DNA of 64,000 bases from an uncultured bacterium (GTDB lineage Bacteria > Oederibacteriota > JAAXVQ01 > JAUVAV01), in assembly GCA_963710755.1 (NCBI GenBank), contig CAVQBK010000006.1:128001-192000 (forward strand). The letters run 5' to 3'. Shown here piece after piece: positions 9,201-21,266 of this stretch. The notes under the pieces were generated by a model that saw only the letters and a program-made list of their open reading frames with translations, did no database searches and was not told where the DNA came from. Each line of letters opens with the position of its first letter. Positions within the stretch are counted from its first letter, which is position 1. A program made the translations under genes and the position numbers.

Positions 9201-11999
9201 GGTGCAGCTTAGATCAGAGGTGCCATTAAAGGTGGTGGCCACATGGGTGGCATCGGACCAGGCGGTAATGGACACATTGACCGGCACGCCGGCCACCCAT
9301 TGCGACGGCCATGCGCCACCGCTAACCAGTTCCAGGTCAAAGTGGTTCACAGTGAAGGAGGTGATGGTATAGGGCGTCACATAGGTATTGACGCCAGGCG
9401 ATGGATTGTCAATGGTAATCGAGTAATCGGAATCAGCATTAAAGGTCACATCCAATTGGCGCAAGCCATTGAACAAGGAATTGGTTACGTTATGGATGTC
9501 CGACGTATTGGGTGACGTGGTGGTGGTAAAGTTGTCATTGGCATCGGTTCGGATATTCCAGTACAAGTCCGTGGCATAGATGGTGACGGAAAAAGCGTTG
9601 CCTTGTTGCTGTGTCAAGGGTATCCCATTGTACCCTACGCCTGCAAAATAAGTGTTGCCGCTCGAATCGGCACCAGGACGGTAACTAAGGCCCGGTACAA
9701 TGGCAAACATGGTCCTGTAGGTGTTGGGATTAACGGTCATACCCACAGTCTGACCGATATGACCGGTATGGCTGACAGGTGTATCCGTAGCAATGTCGGA
9801 AACAAACAGATAAGCTGTGCCCGTCGCAGTAGTGGCACGATAAATCCTGGTGCCCATGTTGGCCACGCCGGCAGAGAAAGAAGCACCAGGCACGCGCCAA
9901 TTGGCGGTCGAAGAACCGGCCGTATAATTGGAGGTAGCCCCATTGATCTGAATAACACTTTGAGTCGGGCCAAAATAATCAAGGGGCGGGCAGGTCACGT
10001 ATACCGTGTTGCTATAAGATTGTACGTCATTTTCATATTGGTCCTTGGCTCGTATGGACATGGTGAATTGGTTACCAGCCGTCTGAGTAGCCCCGGCGCT
10101 CACTGTTAAATGGTCAAAAGTGGTATTCACTACCGTAAACTGACCTGAGGCTTGATCAAAAGGCGGATTGCCGGCAGGCATATGGATATTCTGGTTGGTC
10201 GTGGCCACGGTCAGCGTAATTTGCGCTGTTCCCTGTCCAGCACTTATACTAATGGGATCAGGGTTGCTGCTGGCAAGGGCATCAGTCACATCGAGATGAC
10301 TGGCTGGATTCCAATCCAAATTAGCACTTTGAGTCACAACCTGATTCCCATAGCCATCAGTAATGTAAACATTAATGCTGACCGGGTTGCCGGCGGTCAC
10401 GTTGTTGGGGGTTCCTGTTCTGCCCCAGGTCCCGCTATGGCGCTCACCAGGCGTGTAAGTCTGGCCGGGCATGACCGTCAAATACCAGAAAGCAGTATTA
10501 GCGGTCACATTAAAGCTTGATGACACTTCATCTGTTACACCGCTTGTTGTATTGCTGATAGTCACTGTATAATTGCTGGCTGCTCTTTTAATATTCAAAT
10601 TCCCAGTATACACACCATTGCTGAAGGCTGAGGAATTAAAGGTTGGCGAAATGGCCCAAGATTCATAAGTATTACTTAAGGTGGTCGTGCCGTATTTGAC
10701 GGTCATAGTGGTCGTTCCCGTAATGGTGTCTACGGCATTGCCCCAAGCATCAACGCCTTTAATGCTCAGCGCAATATTGGATCCGGCTGTATAACTGGAA
10801 GCAAAGGAATTGGAGAATTCAAAACCACCCAAGCTATTTGGGTTAAGAGGAACAATAGTGGAATCAGCTGTGGCCGCACCACTGTGGTTGGCCGTCACCG
10901 TGATGTTGCCGTCTCCCACGGTGTGAAGAACTACGCTGCCAAAGGTGGCCACGCCGGAACTAAAGGCGATGGCTCCGCCACCGCTGATGGTGGGATCTTC
11001 AGAAGATAGGCTGACAGTACCCGTGGCACTGGGCACGGTGTTCCAGTAAGCATCCACCCCGTAAGCGGTCATGGTATAGGCCACGCCTGCGGTTTGGGCG
11101 CTGGGCGTGCCGCTCTGGCCGTCACCGCCAAGAGTACCGGCATAGTGGGTTTCACCGGGCGCCAACAGCAGAAGTTTGGTAAATGAATTGGGATTAATGG
11201 TAAAGGTACCTGTCAGCATATTCACTGCCGGGCTATTGCTTTTGTTTACCCTAAAATCAGCTGAGCTGGTGGCATAGTAAAGGGTGACATAGCCCATGTA
11301 CTTGCCATTGGTAAAATTAATGGTTCCCAAACCTTGACTAGAGGCACTGGTGTCAGATCCGTTGGCACCACCACCAACAGCTGTCAATGTTGCGGAACCA
11401 TGAAAGGCATCGCAGAGTTGGCTGGCATCGCGGGCTTCAATGGTCACTGCAAAAGGCACGCCGGCTGTGATGGTTCCGGGCTTGGTCACTACAAAATTGG
11501 TAATGCGTTGAACATATATGGTATCCGTGTCCCCGCCAATACCGCCCCCGGTCGCAAGGGTAACGCCTACATTGCCGGAAGCTGCTGGGATAAGATTCGC
11601 GGTCACAGGATTAATGGTTCCGCGGTGACAAGCCGACACCCCAGCAAAGCTCTCCGGAAAATTGAAACTAACACTGGGCGAAAAAGTCGCCGAACCGGTG
11701 GTTACACCAAGACTGGACGTTTGCGCACCTTGAGGTTGCGGCAGATAGGTGCTATCATCATAAATATAGAGATTGAGGCTGAAAGTCTCCCCGGCCACTT
11801 GACTATTAGGGCTTCCAAGATTGGGTGCAGAAGACCCGCTGTAAGATTGACCTGGCGCAATGATTAAAAATTTTGTGGCTGCCCATGATGCTGGTGAAAT
11901 TAGAATTAAAAAAGAAAGAAAGAAAAGGTAGGATCTTAGACCTTGAAAGGAGCCCAGTTTTTTATGCATTAGCCTCATTCCTTTCAAATTATTTAACAT
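6294..11999 (-). CDS. 1901-aa secreted Ig-like-repeat surface protein with FlgD-type T9SS-like C-terminal domain
   Basis: Signal peptide (likely start ATG 11969); repeated LxxPGxxxxxG...QxAG...DxYWN units; C-terminus VYPNPFNP...IYTLLGNLV...WLGKNDSG..IANGGY. Confidence 0.8.
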   Translation of the reverse strand: MLNNLKGMRLMHKKLGSFQGLRSYLFFLSFLILISPASWAATKFLIIAPGQSYSGSSAPNLGSPNSQVAGETFSLNLYIYDDSTYLPQPQGAQTSSLGVTTGSATFSPSVSFNFPESFAGVSACHRGTINPVTANLIPAASGNVGVTLATGGGIGGDTDTIYVQRITNFVVTKPGTITAGVPFAVTIEARDASQLCDAFHGSATLTAVGGGANGSDTSASSQGLGTINFTNGKYMGYVTLYYATSSADFRVNKSNSPAVNMLTGTFTINPNSFTKLLLLAPGETHYAGTLGGDGQSGTPSAQTAGVAYTMTAYGVDAYWNTVPSATGTVSLSSEDPTISGGGAIAFSSGVATFGSVVLHTVGDGNITVTANHSGAATADSTIVPLNPNSLGGFEFSNSFASSYTAGSNIALSIKGVDAWGNAVDTITGTTTMTVKYGTTTLSNTYESWAISPTFNSSAFSNGVYTGNLNIKRAASNYTVTISNTTSGVTDEVSSSFNVTANTAFWYLTVMPGQTYTPGERHSGTWGRTGTPNNVTAGNPVSINVYITDGYGNQVVTQSANLDWNPASHLDVTDALASSNPDPISISAGQGTAQITLTVATTNQNIHMPAGNPPFDQASGQFTVVNTTFDHLTVSAGATQTAGNQFTMSIRAKDQYENDVQSYSNTVYVTCPPLDYFGPTQSVIQINGATSNYTAGSSTANWRVPGASFSAGVANMGTRIYRATTATGTAYLFVSDIATDTPVSHTGHIGQTVGMTVNPNTYRTMFAIVPGLSYRPGADSSGNTYFAGVGYNGIPLTQQQGNAFSVTIYATDLYWNIRTDANDNFTTTTSPNTSDIHNVTNSLFNGLRQLDVTFNADSDYSITIDNPSPGVNTYVTPYTITSFTVNHFDLELVSGGAWPSQWVAGVPVNVSITAWSDATHVATTFNGTSDLSCTLDHSPTMKVIRPTSITFTNGVWNGQVTVFRANRTPTENNNITVSLGSTQNNSATIRICHNVPTKMLIVEEGGMELFNGLNPDVDPTGELSIQGQPAIQIAGSPITKIDFYLCDDYWNTVTTPAQDANKVITITCTDPFPAQILGVGQFSGGTLSVNLSNGVYQANNSFVLYKVNGSTGQQIGVNLGGYTTYVLGTNKNAVPVKHAAANLDIVSPYDSRTRRFNFIINTSQAAFSSGAAVAGAPFAVTVAAVDCYGNTLNSLNGGVAFGTYTSVNLSANTDISNKSMWPTKMGTLDATKWTEGISYPWIYVYKKVTGGGEFLTAAYDFGAGGRTGVSQNFNVLNNSFARVVAYTTGMSIPDDLGAGGTYVDPTGALYPSTPPPASVNVFNNFGNPSAETAGIHASALRAYTCDIYGNIVKGTPSFNVSLDTSDPYSPPPINKQVDNINGYADFTNTFRFHTKGTQTITFSPTTVTATDGTTPNITVNPGAYYGLQILVPGLTAVEGSGNSGLATGAVQGLPANSWYSGVSGLTGTTYEGNIEVEGIYFAVTVQAVDLFGNFVGSSAPTNSIELRSDDPNSGAEPNSGAFLNDTLSGGRAWFNAQLRSNGLRTLTPYDLTNGSIIDGAESKTVAYLQISQTGLFHYELVINGIRVSDNQTVLVEAHPSTFNVRVEVVHDTLHQIVSLTKQFVLDVYSSISPLTPASGNLSINTSQILNGVCDIPNETYDVAQTIYIRAHDLDAGDLYPVAPGYSPRIDVSASAPSRILMSSDPDNLVEGTTYQVEANHNVPIYAQVLDVNNNYVVDSPVTFDLTANGATTSTLSLTQTATNSTNGTAQTTFIARAENLQHTITAHAGSATGILTMNVTVTGEGGVYPNPFNPLLGQVAHIDYKLDEPADVKIEIYTLLGNLVWTKSIPSDQPGAKRGVNSVSWLGKNDSGVTIANGGYIVLVKVNGKERKRFKLGVYKGN

Positions 12000-12031
12000 T
12001 CTTTTGTAAGCATTATTTACACAACTTGTGC

Positions 12032-12061
12032 ATTATACAAAAACCTTACAAAATATGTCAA
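12032..12061 (-). promoter_or_regulatory. Sigma70-type promoter for the 1901-aa/PorV/TPR/exbBD unit
   Basis: Perfect TTGACA (12056-12061) and TATAAT (12032-12037) hexamers with an 18-nt spacer on the minus strand. Confidence 0.7.
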
Positions 12062-12254
12062 TTGCTATTTAACTCCATTGTTCTAATAACGGCATATTTT
12101 TTAAAAAATTAACCCCTATTTTTAATCTTGTAATCACCAATAAATAAGCTGAAAAAGATTCTTCTGAGCAGGGTTATGAGATTACGGCACCGATATTTTG
12201 TCACGATGACGTGCCTATTTTTGTTCCATTATTTTTTTTCATCCCCCTCAAAAG

Positions 12255-15200
12255 CTATTTAACAATAAACAGCTTTCCTATTTTTCTCTCGCCATTGGCC
12301 GGCGTGACAACATACAAATATACCCCAGGCACTACCGGCGAACCCTGCAAATTAAAACCATTCCAAGTTTCCCGGGTTTGCTGACTAACAGCTTTATAAA
12401 CCAACTCCCCGGTGACCGTGTAGACGGCAATTTGAGTGTTAAGTGGCAATTGATCGAATTTCACTACCCCACCGACAGCCTTGTTGGGGTTGAAGGGATT
12501 GGGATAAACCACGATCTCCGTGTTGAAGGGCGTGGCCGTGGGGGTCGGCGTGGTGGTGAGGGTAATGGTGGCTGTCACCGTAGGCGTGGCTGTATTAACG
12601 GGTGTATTGGTAGGCGTATAGGTCAAGGTAATGGTTGGGGTCGGTGTGTTGGTGGGTGTGGTTGTATCTGTGGGCGTAAAAGTCGAGGTCATGGTAATGG
12701 TCGGCGTATGGGTGCTGGTTGAGGTCATGGTAAAAGTCGGCGTCATGGTTGGGGTTATGGTCGAGGTATAAGTGGGTGTCATGGTATAGGTCGGCGTCAT
12801 TGTCGGCGTGTAAGTCGAGGTAGGTGTCACCGTGGGTGTCTGCGTAAAGGTCGGTGTCATGGTCGGCGTCATGGTATTGGTGGAGGTCGGTGAATGAGTA
12901 GACGTAGGCGTGGCGGTGTTGGTATTGGTCGGTGTCGGTGATGAAGTCAGGGTCACGGTGGGCGTGGCCGTGGGTGTGGACGTCACGGTGGGGGTATGGG
13001 TAGCCGTGGCCGTAAAAGTCGGTGTATGAGTGGGCGTCGCGGTAGAGGTCGGGGTGTTCGTCATCGTCGGTGTGGCCGTTGGCGTCACCGTCGCAGTATT
13101 GGTCAGGGTAATGGTGGGTGTATGGGTCAAGGTGGCTGTGGGGGTGGTGGTATAAGTGGGGGTGGTGGTAATGGTGGATGTCGGAGAATGAGTCGAGGTG
13201 GCGGTTGGCGACGCGGTGCTGGTGCTGGTGCCCGTCGGTGTGTTGGTTGGCGTGGACGTAGGTGTATTGGTCGGTGTATGGGTAGCTGTACCGGTGGATG
13301 TTAAAGTGGGTGTCCTGGTCATGGTGGAGGTGGGTGTAATAGTGGAGGTCGCTGTATCCGTCATGGTCGAAGTTGGCGTAATGGTGGGTGTAAAGGTTAG
13401 GGTAATGGTCGGTGTCGGCGATACGGTAAAGGTCACGGTGCCCGTAGTGGTTGGCGTAGCCGTGTAAGTCTGTGTCACAGTCGGTGTATTGGTCAAAGTG
13501 ATGGTGGGCGTGGGCGTGGCGGTCAGGGTTACAGTGAATGTACCCGTAGGCGTACACGTCGAGGTTTCGGTAAAGGTTGACGTCGGGGTAACCGTGCTGG
13601 TGAAGGTAGGCGTGCTGGTTGACGTCGGCGTGGCGGTGGATGTCAGGGTGGGCGTGGCAGTGGACGTATGCGTTCCCGTAGGCGTACTACTGGGCGTACT
13701 GGTTGGCGTCGTAGTAGGTGTAAAGGTGGCGGTGGGCGTAGCCGTCTGCGTGGGGGTGCCCGTATGGGTTGACGTCGGCGTTTCGGTTGAGGTGGCCGTG
13801 TAAGTAATGGTGGACGTGGGACTGTTGGTGGACGTGGCAGTAGGCGTAACCGTGAACGTCGGCGTCCAGGTTTGGGTGAAAGTACCGGTGGCTGTTGGTG
13901 AAGCCGTGAAAGTCGGTGTCACGGTCGGGGTCTGACTGGGCGTGGCGGTACGGGTATGAGTATAGGTGGCTGTAGGCGTCACGGTCGGTGTATGGGTTGA
14001 GGTATACGTTGCCGTCGGCGGAATACCAACAATAACATTATTGGAAGTACCGGTAATGGTGCTCTCGCTGGTATCCGTGCCGGTAATGGTATAGGTCCCT
14101 TGGGTGTTCATAGTAGCGCTGAAGGTCTTGATCCCGGCATCGCTTAATTGGAAAGTATAATTTGACGGCAGATTGGCTGTCCCGTCCGTAGAACTAAAGG
14201 TAATGATGCCGGTGTAATTCCCCACCGTGGTACCAAAGCCGTCACGCACGCGGACCTGGAAGTTAAAGGGCCAGCCCTGCATGGCATTGGCGGGACCGGT
14301 AATGGTATAGGAAATATTGGGTATGGTGGTGATTGCCGCCGAACTGCCGCTGGCCGTGGGATTGTTGGAGGTCACGGTCACCACATGGGAAACGCCGTTT
14401 TGTAACAAGGTGGTGAGCGTGGTAACGGCCTGTCCATTGGCATCGGTAGAGGCCGTCAAAGGCGCCAGGGAGCCGTTGGTGGTGGAGAAGCTCACGGCCA
14501 CGCCGGAGGTGGTAATGGAATTGCCGTCCTGGTCAATAAGCTGGGCGGTCACGCTCACCGTATTGCCCGAGTAAACATCCTGAGCATCCACAGGATAGAC
14601 CCTGAAGAAATAACCAGTGGACACCGTAACGGCATCAGTGTCATCCACCAAAGTGGCTGAGTGGCCGGTCACGGTATAGGTTTGCGGATAATGATTGCGG
14701 ATCAGCACTTCTGCATAACCGCCGGCATCTAAAGTGGCGGTCACGCTATGGTACCAGTTGCTGCCACCATCGATGGAAAATTCCATGGTCTCCCCTTGCG
14801 TGGAATGCTGGGTGGAATAGAGCAGCACATCCTCCGAACCCGATGGCGGCGGTGCGTAATAGGTTTGGGAACCTGACGTATAAATGGAACGCACATAGAG
14901 CGTGCTAGGTTGATCAGCGGCAATGGACTTGGGATTGGGCAGCAGCAGTACTTCATCGGCCTGGTTGGATCCGGACACGGTCACGGTGAAAGATTGCAGG
15001 CCCGTGGAGCTGGCAATGGCATAATTATTCCCTGCCTGAGTGCTGGTGATTAGGTAAGAAATGGCCAACCCGCTGCCATCGGTCAGACTGCTGGCAGGGC
15101 TCATGCTCGCACTGCCATTTTGCGCCGTGGCACTCCAGGTAACGGTCACATTGTCAACTGGATTACCATAGGCATCGGTGACTTTGGCGGTGATGGTGGT

Positions 15201-18200
15201 GGAGGCGCCTGCCGGAGAAACGGAACTCAAGGCCGACCATGCAGTTAGAATCGCCTGGGCGGCTGGTACAATAGTGGCGTACCCTACCCCATTGGTCATG
15301 CCGGTAGTATTGTCATGGGCCGTGATGGTCACACCGGAAGCCGCCATGGTATCGTAGTACCAAATATAGGCGTGCCCATTGGTCAGGTTAAAGGACGTAG
15401 AGCTATACCAGTGCGCCCCTTCGTCCTTGGAGAAACGCATGGTGGTTGATGCCGAAGAAATGGACACATTGGCTGTGGAATAAGTATTGTCGTCACTGCT
15501 GTCTCTGGCCTGGATGGTCAGGACGCTGTGTACTCCTGCGGTAACGGTCTCCGACGGCGGTTGGACAGACAGGTGATCACCGGGCGTGTTGTTCACCTGG
15601 GCATGACTGATATCATCGGTCAGGCCGTCCGAATCGGCTGTAATGGTCACATAACCGGCTGAACTATCCTTGAAAAGCAGATTAACCGGCGCCAGCGGTG
15701 TAATCAAAATCTGACTGTACCAATTACTGCCATCGGTGGAGAAGGCACCAGTGCCGGAGGAAGCCGTCAGGGTAACACCCCGGGCATCGGACACAAAGTT
15801 GTTGTTGCTATCCTCATATTGAATAGTGAGCAGGGCGCTCTGATTGGTAAGCACGCTGAAATCTTCCGGATCGATAGCCACGTGATTGGCCCCGCTGGCA
15901 TCAAAGTTGACATTAAGATATTTGATGAAAGGACCGGCTTGGTATTGGACCTGGGTGGAACCAGCAGCCGTGGATTTGACCGCGGCGCCCGTCACACCGC
16001 TCGTGTTGGTCTTGGGCACCAGTTCAGGCGTAATAATGCCCCAATCCACCGTGTCCTGCAGACGGCTGGTGGAAAAATCGACCAAGGCATAACGTACGGC
16101 CGTACTGTTATCAGCAGCTGTCATGGTTACCGACAGATAAGACTTGCTGCTGTTGTCGGCCGGAATGCCGCTGTCGGGAATAGCGGAAACATCGAAATTT
16201 TTCGTAACAAATACCCAGTTATTGGTGGGCGTCACCGAACCGCCGGCCCAGGATGTGCCGGTCTTGCTCCCACCATTGCATTGGGCGGATATACCGCCGC
16301 GCGGCAAGGCATCATCATCGGCAAAGACATTCTGCAAAGTTGCCCCTGACGAATTGGTAAAACGGATATTGTCGTAATAAGCATTGAAGGTGCCCTGGCG
16401 GTTGGAGGGCGCACCGTTCCATCCCCTGTTGCCTGTATCCTGCGATAGGTAAATGAAACGATAAGTCGGATAATCGGCCACCATGGAGCCGATGTCAAAT
16501 TTCCTGTGATACCAACGGCCGTTGGCATAATCGCCTACATAGAAGGACGGATGAGCCCGGATGCCGTTCTGGTCCACAATATAGGTTTGGGTGCTCTCAC
16601 CATAATCGCGCATGGTAAAGCCATTCCCTACAATATCCAGACCAGTATAGAAAGACGCCGACTGAGAAGGTATATACACATCGTATTCCAGATAAGCCGT
16701 ACCCACGGGATAGGAAATATTGGAACCACCATTGCCTTCGATCTCCACATAAACATAGCTGTATTCCAAAGCCGTGGGCAGATAGGAAGTCAGCAGCAAG
16801 GGTTGGGAATACAAGGAAGCGCCGGAAAGCACGTTCACATCCGCGCTGCCGGTAATGGTGTTGGCCGAGGCATCCTTGACCCAAATGGTTTGATCAGTAC
16901 CTGTCGGTGTACCTGTATTCAGGGTCAACGAGAAAATACGGGTGCCGTAATCAGTAACCTGATAAGTATAATTGGACGGCAGGGCCGCTGCGCCGTCGGA
17001 AGCCGTAAACGTCACGGTACCGTAATAGTTGGTCACTGTATTGTTGAACTGATCCTTGGCCGTCACCTGCACGGTAAAGGGCTGGCCGGCATTGGCATTG
17101 GCCGGGGCTTGAATGTCAAAATGATCGATGCTGTTGCTGCGAACCGTAATATTATTGGACGTGCCATTGACATTGGAGTCCACGGTATCTGTGGCCGTGA
17201 CGCTCTGGGTACCGGTGGTGTTCATGGTCACATTAAAGGTGGCCACGCCCTGGTCGGAAGGCGTGAAGGTGTAGTCACTGGGCAGATCGGCCATCACGTC
17301 GGTGGCGGTAAAATAAATGGTGCCCGTATAACTGCTGGCCACATTAAACCATTGGTCAATGGCCGTCACGTCTACTGTAAAATTTTGTCCTGCCCAAGCC
17401 TGGGCCGGCGCGGCGATGGTAAAGGCGATGGGTGTACCGCCGGCCACATTGGTGTTGTCCGAGCCATTCAAGCTACCCGTAACCGTATCAGTGGCCGTCA
17501 CGCTCTGTACACCGGCCGTCCTAAAGGTCAAGCCGGTAAAGAAATGGCTGCCGTTGTCCAGGGCGGTAAACGTGTAATCCACGGGCACGGTGCTCTGGCT
17601 GTCTCCGGAAGTAAACGTAATGGTGCCGCGATAAGCCGAAGAAGGACTGCCCCATTGATTGAACACGGTCACCGTGACACCAGTGGCAATGCCCGCCACG
17701 GCCGCATCGGGCGCGTCCACCACCATACTGACAACTGCTTCCGTCGGTGTTGCCGTGGGGGTGGCCGTAGAAGTTGAGGTCGGCGTGGTCGTAAAAGTAC
17801 CGGTTGCCGTGGCGGTTAATGTAGGCGTATGGCTAGGCGTGGGTGTATGGGTGCTGGTCGCCGTGGGCGTAATAGTCGAGGTAAAGGTGCCGGTTGGCGT
17901 TATGGTGGAGGTCGGTGTTCTGGTCGGTGTGTGAGTGGCGGTAAATGTTCCCGTAGGTGTGGTGGTGTTGGTCGGTGAATGAGACGGCGTACCCGTGGAC
18001 GTTTGGGTGGCCGTGGGCGTTACCGTGGCGGTCGGTGTATGGGTAGGTGTACTTGTATAAGTCGGTGAATTGGTGGGGGTGGCGGTTGGGGTGGACGTCA
18101 AAGTCACCGTAAACGTCGGCGTGGCTGTACGGGTGGACGTGGGTGTGATCGTGGGCGTCACCGTAGGGGTAAAGGTAGGTGTGAACGTCGGTGTATTGGA

Positions 18201-21200
18201 GGCCGTGCCCGTGGGACTGATGGTGGATGTAGGTGAAGCGGTCCCGGTAAAGGTACTGGTAAACGTCGGCGTGACCGTAGGTGTAGGGGAATGCGTTTTT
18301 GTAACCGTAGGCGTTACGGTGGGGCTGAAAGTAGACGTCGGTGTTATGGTAAACGTCGGGGTGTTGGTTGCCGTATGGGTTGGCGTATGGCTGCTGGTAG
18401 GCGTGGCGGTATTTGTCGGCGAATGGGTCGGTGTGGGCGTACACGTCTGCGTGGCTGTCTTGGTAATCGTCGATGTGGGTGTTGCCGTAGGCGTGGCGGT
18501 AAAGCTGGGTGTGGCGGTGGACGATGAAGTAGGCGTGCCGGTTAGGGTCGCCGTATTGGTCGGTGTATGGGTATAAGTAAAAGTCGGAGTAATCGTGGGT
18601 GTGGCCGTCGGTGTATTGGTGCTGGTGGGTGTTGGCGTCGCGGTTAAGGTAATGGTAGGTGTAGCGGTTGGTGAAAAAGTGGACGTCGGCGAATGAGTGG
18701 AAGTGGAGGTCGGCGAACGTGTGCTGGTATGGGTCGGGGTCACGCTGGGCGTGGGTGTAAAAGTCGACGTCGGCGTGGCTGTTGACGTAAAGGTTTGTGT
18801 GATTGTTGGTGTATAAGTTGGCGTCATGGTGGGTGTGGGCGTATTCGTACAAGTATAGGTGGGCGTCATCGTATAGGTGGGTGTCATACTGGGCGTATCG
18901 GTAAAGGTGGGCGTGGCCGTATTGGTGGGGGTCATGGTATAGGTAAACGTCGGGGTGACTGTTGGCGTCGGCGGCATAAAATATTCCAAGGTTAATTGCT
19001 GTAGCCTTGGTGAAAAATCAACATTAAAAGAATTCAGGACAGCCTTCCAGCGCAGGTCATTTCCCCGGTCGACGCCATTGAAAATAGTGGCACTGCCGAT
19101 ATTAGCCGATTTCCAGGTGCTGCCGCCATTGGCTGACAAATAGTAATCAATCTGCTGACCGTTGAGCATTTCAATGGGTGTCAAAGTGACGGAATAAAAA
19201 AAGCTTTGCGTGGTGGCCAGGGTGGTGGACTGGGCAGTCCCTGGCGAAAGGTAAGCAGGACCGTATTTATTAACCCGGCCTTCACTGCCTCCCATCAACC
19301 AATATTCACTGTTCCAGGCCATACCGCTGATGGACGATGTGCCATAGGCCACCAGGCTGTTGGACCAATCCTGAGCCAGGCTCCAATTGTAACTGTTTAA
19401 TTTGGCATGACTGCCGGCGATGAACCAATACTGGTTGCTTTGGTCATAGGTCACGGCATTGACGATTTCACCGGCGAACCCGCTTAGGTTGACCAGAAAG
19501 AGCCATCCCATATCTTTGTCATAAATACGAACACGTTGCGGCGTGGAGGAACCGCCGATCATGAAGCGATGGAATCCCCCTACTGACGCATAATCAATGG
19601 CATTGATGTCGGAAAAATAGGACGATTGATCCAAATTGACAAAAGTGGATCCATCGTACTGCACCAGTTTGCCGCTGCCACCGCCGATCATCCACACACC
19701 GCCGCCACTGGAGATGGCTTTGACATCATCGGAAGATCCAAAATAAGATGAAAGGTTAAGATTGTTAAAACTGGAACCATTATAGGATGCCAATTGCCGA
19801 TCCGTACCGCCGATCAACCAACCGGTGCCATCCCAGTGAATGGACAGGATGCTGCCGGAGAACCCCAGGCTGGAACTCAAATCGGTCATGGTGGTGCCAT
19901 TATAAGAAACCAGTTTGCCGTTGCTGCCGCCAATCAGCCAAATAGAACCATTACCGTCAATGGCCTTGACATTGGCTGTTCCCCAACTGGTGCTGCCGAA
20001 AGCGGTACTCTTATCAATAAATGACACACCGTCATAAATATTCAAGGTAGCGCTGTCTCCGCCCAGAACCACTTCATTATTGTCATTAACGGCAATGGCA
20101 TTAATCAGCCTGGTACCCATATCTTTAAGATTGTTCGATTCGTCAGCATAGCTGGTACTGTTCACCGAACCACTACGGCTGTTAAGGCGTGCCTGTTCCC
20201 CGCCCAACAACCAGCCGCTGCCGCTGTCGCCATAGGCTGTTATATAAAGTGGTTGATCGCTTTTAAAGCCCACCAGACTGCCGGACTGGTTATACCAGGT
20301 GCTGCTGCCGTCATAGGTATAAACAATGGGCGCCAAGCCGGTGCCATTGCCCACAATCATCCAAAAATGGTTGTCCGGATCATAATCAAGCGAAAAGATG
20401 GTGGTAAGTTGGCTAACATGGGAGGACAAGTCCGTAATGGTACTGGCACCGTCGAAGCTTACCAATTTACCACCAGTACCGCCGACCAGCCAGCGGCTGC
20501 CGTCCCACTCTAAGGTGCGTACGATATTAGTTCCAAAAGCACTGGCCCGCACCAGGGAGCTCAAATCCGTAAACGCCCCGCCCTGGTATTTGACCAATCC
20601 GCCATTGTCAGCACCAATGAGCCAATAAGTACCATTATAACCAATGGCATAGGCGTTGGTGGTGTTGGCAAAATAATTGGCGCTGCCCGCCAAACTGGTA
20701 AAGCTGCCGTCATACCGGTTAATCTTGCCGCCGTTTCCCACAATGAGCCAGAAATCTTCGGTGCCATCACCATGGCGGATGGCATTAATATCTTCACTGA
20801 CCCAGTTGACCAGGCCTGAAGAAAGATCGGTAAAGGTGCTGCCATTGTAGGCGTTTAATTTCTTTCCGCTTCCTCCAATCAGCCATGTGCCGCTGTTGTA
20901 CCAAATAGAGGTAATCAAGCTGGTGGTAAAACCCGAAAGGTCCGGCGATAAGTTGGTCCAGGTGGTGCCGTTATAGCTGTTGAGCTTGGCGCCGGCGCCG
21001 CCGATAAGCCACTGGCTGCCATTGTAATGAATGGCCCGTATTTGCCCGCCCCAATTATTCAGACCACCGGGCTGGGAAAACTGATAATGGGCATCCAGCC
21101 GTACTTCCCCCAAAGCTGTATCCCAGTTGGCATCCGTATTGAGGGTATCTTCAAAATTGTTGTTGCTGAAAGTTTCGGTATGGACAAAAGCCCAACTTGG

Positions 21201-21266
21201 TAGGGCAGCGACGAAGGTCAGCATGAACATCATCAAAAACAGTTTTGTTTTTTTCATGGATGTCAT
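12255..21266 (-). CDS. 3003-aa giant surface protein: propeller-like head, two Thr/Pro stalks, Ig-like repeats, CBM-like domain, T9SS type-A-like CTD
   Basis: Signal peptide; ~14 YNG..WLIGG..GKL..YDG..F.DLS repeats; TPT repeats; AG..F.V.VTA.D.F.N....Y.GT..FT.SD Ig-like repeats; C-terminal VYPNPFNP...[14 protein letters not shown]. Confidence 0.85.
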   Translation of the reverse strand: MTSMKKTKLFLMMFMLTFVAALPSWAFVHTETFSNNNFEDTLNTDANWDTALGEVRLDAHYQFSQPGGLNNWGGQIRAIHYNGSQWLIGGAGAKLNSYNGTTWTNLSPDLSGFTTSLITSIWYNSGTWLIGGSGKKLNAYNGSTFTDLSSGLVNWVSEDINAIRHGDGTEDFWLIVGNGGKINRYDGSFTSLAGSANYFANTTNAYAIGYNGTYWLIGADNGGLVKYQGGAFTDLSSLVRASAFGTNIVRTLEWDGSRWLVGGTGGKLVSFDGASTITDLSSHVSQLTTIFSLDYDPDNHFWMIVGNGTGLAPIVYTYDGSSTWYNQSGSLVGFKSDQPLYITAYGDSGSGWLLGGEQARLNSRSGSVNSTSYADESNNLKDMGTRLINAIAVNDNNEVVLGGDSATLNIYDGVSFIDKSTAFGSTSWGTANVKAIDGNGSIWLIGGSNGKLVSYNGTTMTDLSSSLGFSGSILSIHWDGTGWLIGGTDRQLASYNGSSFNNLNLSSYFGSSDDVKAISSGGGVWMIGGGSGKLVQYDGSTFVNLDQSSYFSDINAIDYASVGGFHRFMIGGSSTPQRVRIYDKDMGWLFLVNLSGFAGEIVNAVTYDQSNQYWFIAGSHAKLNSYNWSLAQDWSNSLVAYGTSSISGMAWNSEYWLMGGSEGRVNKYGPAYLSPGTAQSTTLATTQSFFYSVTLTPIEMLNGQQIDYYLSANGGSTWKSANIGSATIFNGVDRGNDLRWKAVLNSFNVDFSPRLQQLTLEYFMPPTPTVTPTFTYTMTPTNTATPTFTDTPSMTPTYTMTPTYTCTNTPTPTMTPTYTPTITQTFTSTATPTSTFTPTPSVTPTHTSTRSPTSTSTHSPTSTFSPTATPTITLTATPTPTSTNTPTATPTITPTFTYTHTPTNTATLTGTPTSSSTATPSFTATPTATPTSTITKTATQTCTPTPTHSPTNTATPTSSHTPTHTATNTPTFTITPTSTFSPTVTPTVTKTHSPTPTVTPTFTSTFTGTASPTSTISPTGTASNTPTFTPTFTPTVTPTITPTSTRTATPTFTVTLTSTPTATPTNSPTYTSTPTHTPTATVTPTATQTSTGTPSHSPTNTTTPTGTFTATHTPTRTPTSTITPTGTFTSTITPTATSTHTPTPSHTPTLTATATGTFTTTPTSTSTATPTATPTEAVVSMVVDAPDAAVAGIATGVTVTVFNQWGSPSSAYRGTITFTSGDSQSTVPVDYTFTALDNGSHFFTGLTFRTAGVQSVTATDTVTGSLNGSDNTNVAGGTPIAFTIAAPAQAWAGQNFTVDVTAIDQWFNVASSYTGTIYFTATDVMADLPSDYTFTPSDQGVATFNVTMNTTGTQSVTATDTVDSNVNGTSNNITVRSNSIDHFDIQAPANANAGQPFTVQVTAKDQFNNTVTNYYGTVTFTASDGAAALPSNYTYQVTDYGTRIFSLTLNTGTPTGTDQTIWVKDASANTITGSADVNVLSGASLYSQPLLLTSYLPTALEYSYVYVEIEGNGGSNISYPVGTAYLEYDVYIPSQSASFYTGLDIVGNGFTMRDYGESTQTYIVDQNGIRAHPSFYVGDYANGRWYHRKFDIGSMVADYPTYRFIYLSQDTGNRGWNGAPSNRQGTFNAYYDNIRFTNSSGATLQNVFADDDALPRGGISAQCNGGSKTGTSWAGGSVTPTNNWVFVTKNFDVSAIPDSGIPADNSSKSYLSVTMTAADNSTAVRYALVDFSTSRLQDTVDWGIITPELVPKTNTSGVTGAAVKSTAAGSTQVQYQAGPFIKYLNVNFDASGANHVAIDPEDFSVLTNQSALLTIQYEDSNNNFVSDARGVTLTASSGTGAFSTDGSNWYSQILITPLAPVNLLFKDSSAGYVTITADSDGLTDDISHAQVNNTPGDHLSVQPPSETVTAGVHSVLTIQARDSSDDNTYSTANVSISSASTTMRFSKDEGAHWYSSTSFNLTNGHAYIWYYDTMAASGVTITAHDNTTGMTNGVGYATIVPAAQAILTAWSALSSVSPAGASTTITAKVTDAYGNPVDNVTVTWSATAQNGSASMSPASSLTDGSGLAISYLITSTQAGNNYAIASSTGLQSFTVTVSGSNQADEVLLLPNPKSIAADQPSTLYVRSIYTSGSQTYYAPPPSGSEDVLLYSTQHSTQGETMEFSIDGGSNWYHSVTATLDAGGYAEVLIRNHYPQTYTVTGHSATLVDDTDAVTVSTGYFFRVYPVDAQDVYSGNTVSVTAQLIDQDGNSITTSGVAVSFSTTNGSLAPLTASTDANGQAVTTLTTLLQNGVSHVVTVTSNNPTASGSSAAITTIPNISYTITGPANAMQGWPFNFQVRVRDGFGTTVGNYTGIITFSSTDGTANLPSNYTFQLSDAGIKTFSATMNTQGTYTITGTDTSESTITGTSNNVIVGIPPTATYTSTHTPTVTPTATYTHTRTATPSQTPTVTPTFTASPTATGTFTQTWTPTFTVTPTATSTNSPTSTITYTATSTETPTSTHTGTPTQTATPTATFTPTTTPTSTPSSTPTGTHTSTATPTLTSTATPTSTSTPTFTSTVTPTSTFTETSTCTPTGTFTVTLTATPTPTITLTNTPTVTQTYTATPTTTGTVTFTVSPTPTITLTFTPTITPTSTMTDTATSTITPTSTMTRTPTLTSTGTATHTPTNTPTSTPTNTPTGTSTSTASPTATSTHSPTSTITTTPTYTTTPTATLTHTPTITLTNTATVTPTATPTMTNTPTSTATPTHTPTFTATATHTPTVTSTPTATPTVTLTSSPTPTNTNTATPTSTHSPTSTNTMTPTMTPTFTQTPTVTPTSTYTPTMTPTYTMTPTYTSTITPTMTPTFTMTSTSTHTPTITMTSTFTPTDTTTPTNTPTPTITLTYTPTNTPVNTATPTVTATITLTTTPTPTATPFNTEIVVYPNPFNPNKAVGGVVKFDQLPLNTQIAVYTVTGELVYKAVSQQTRETWNGFNLQGSPVVPGVYLYVVTPANGERKIGKLFIVK
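12527..14020 (-). repeat. Thr/Pro hexapeptide (TPTxTx) low-complexity coding repeat, distal stalk of the 3003-aa protein
   Basis: About 500 codons of TPT-x-T-x periodicity in the translation. Confidence 0.9.
17742..18975 (-). repeat. Thr/Pro hexapeptide coding repeat, proximal stalk of the 3003-aa protein
   Basis: About 410 codons of TPT-x-T-x periodicity. Confidence 0.9.

Noticed and set aside
1713-17777. Long antisense ORFs such as 1713-2639 (308 aa) and 16506-17777 (423 aa)
   Set aside because: They lie opposite well-supported genes and have no recognisable motifs
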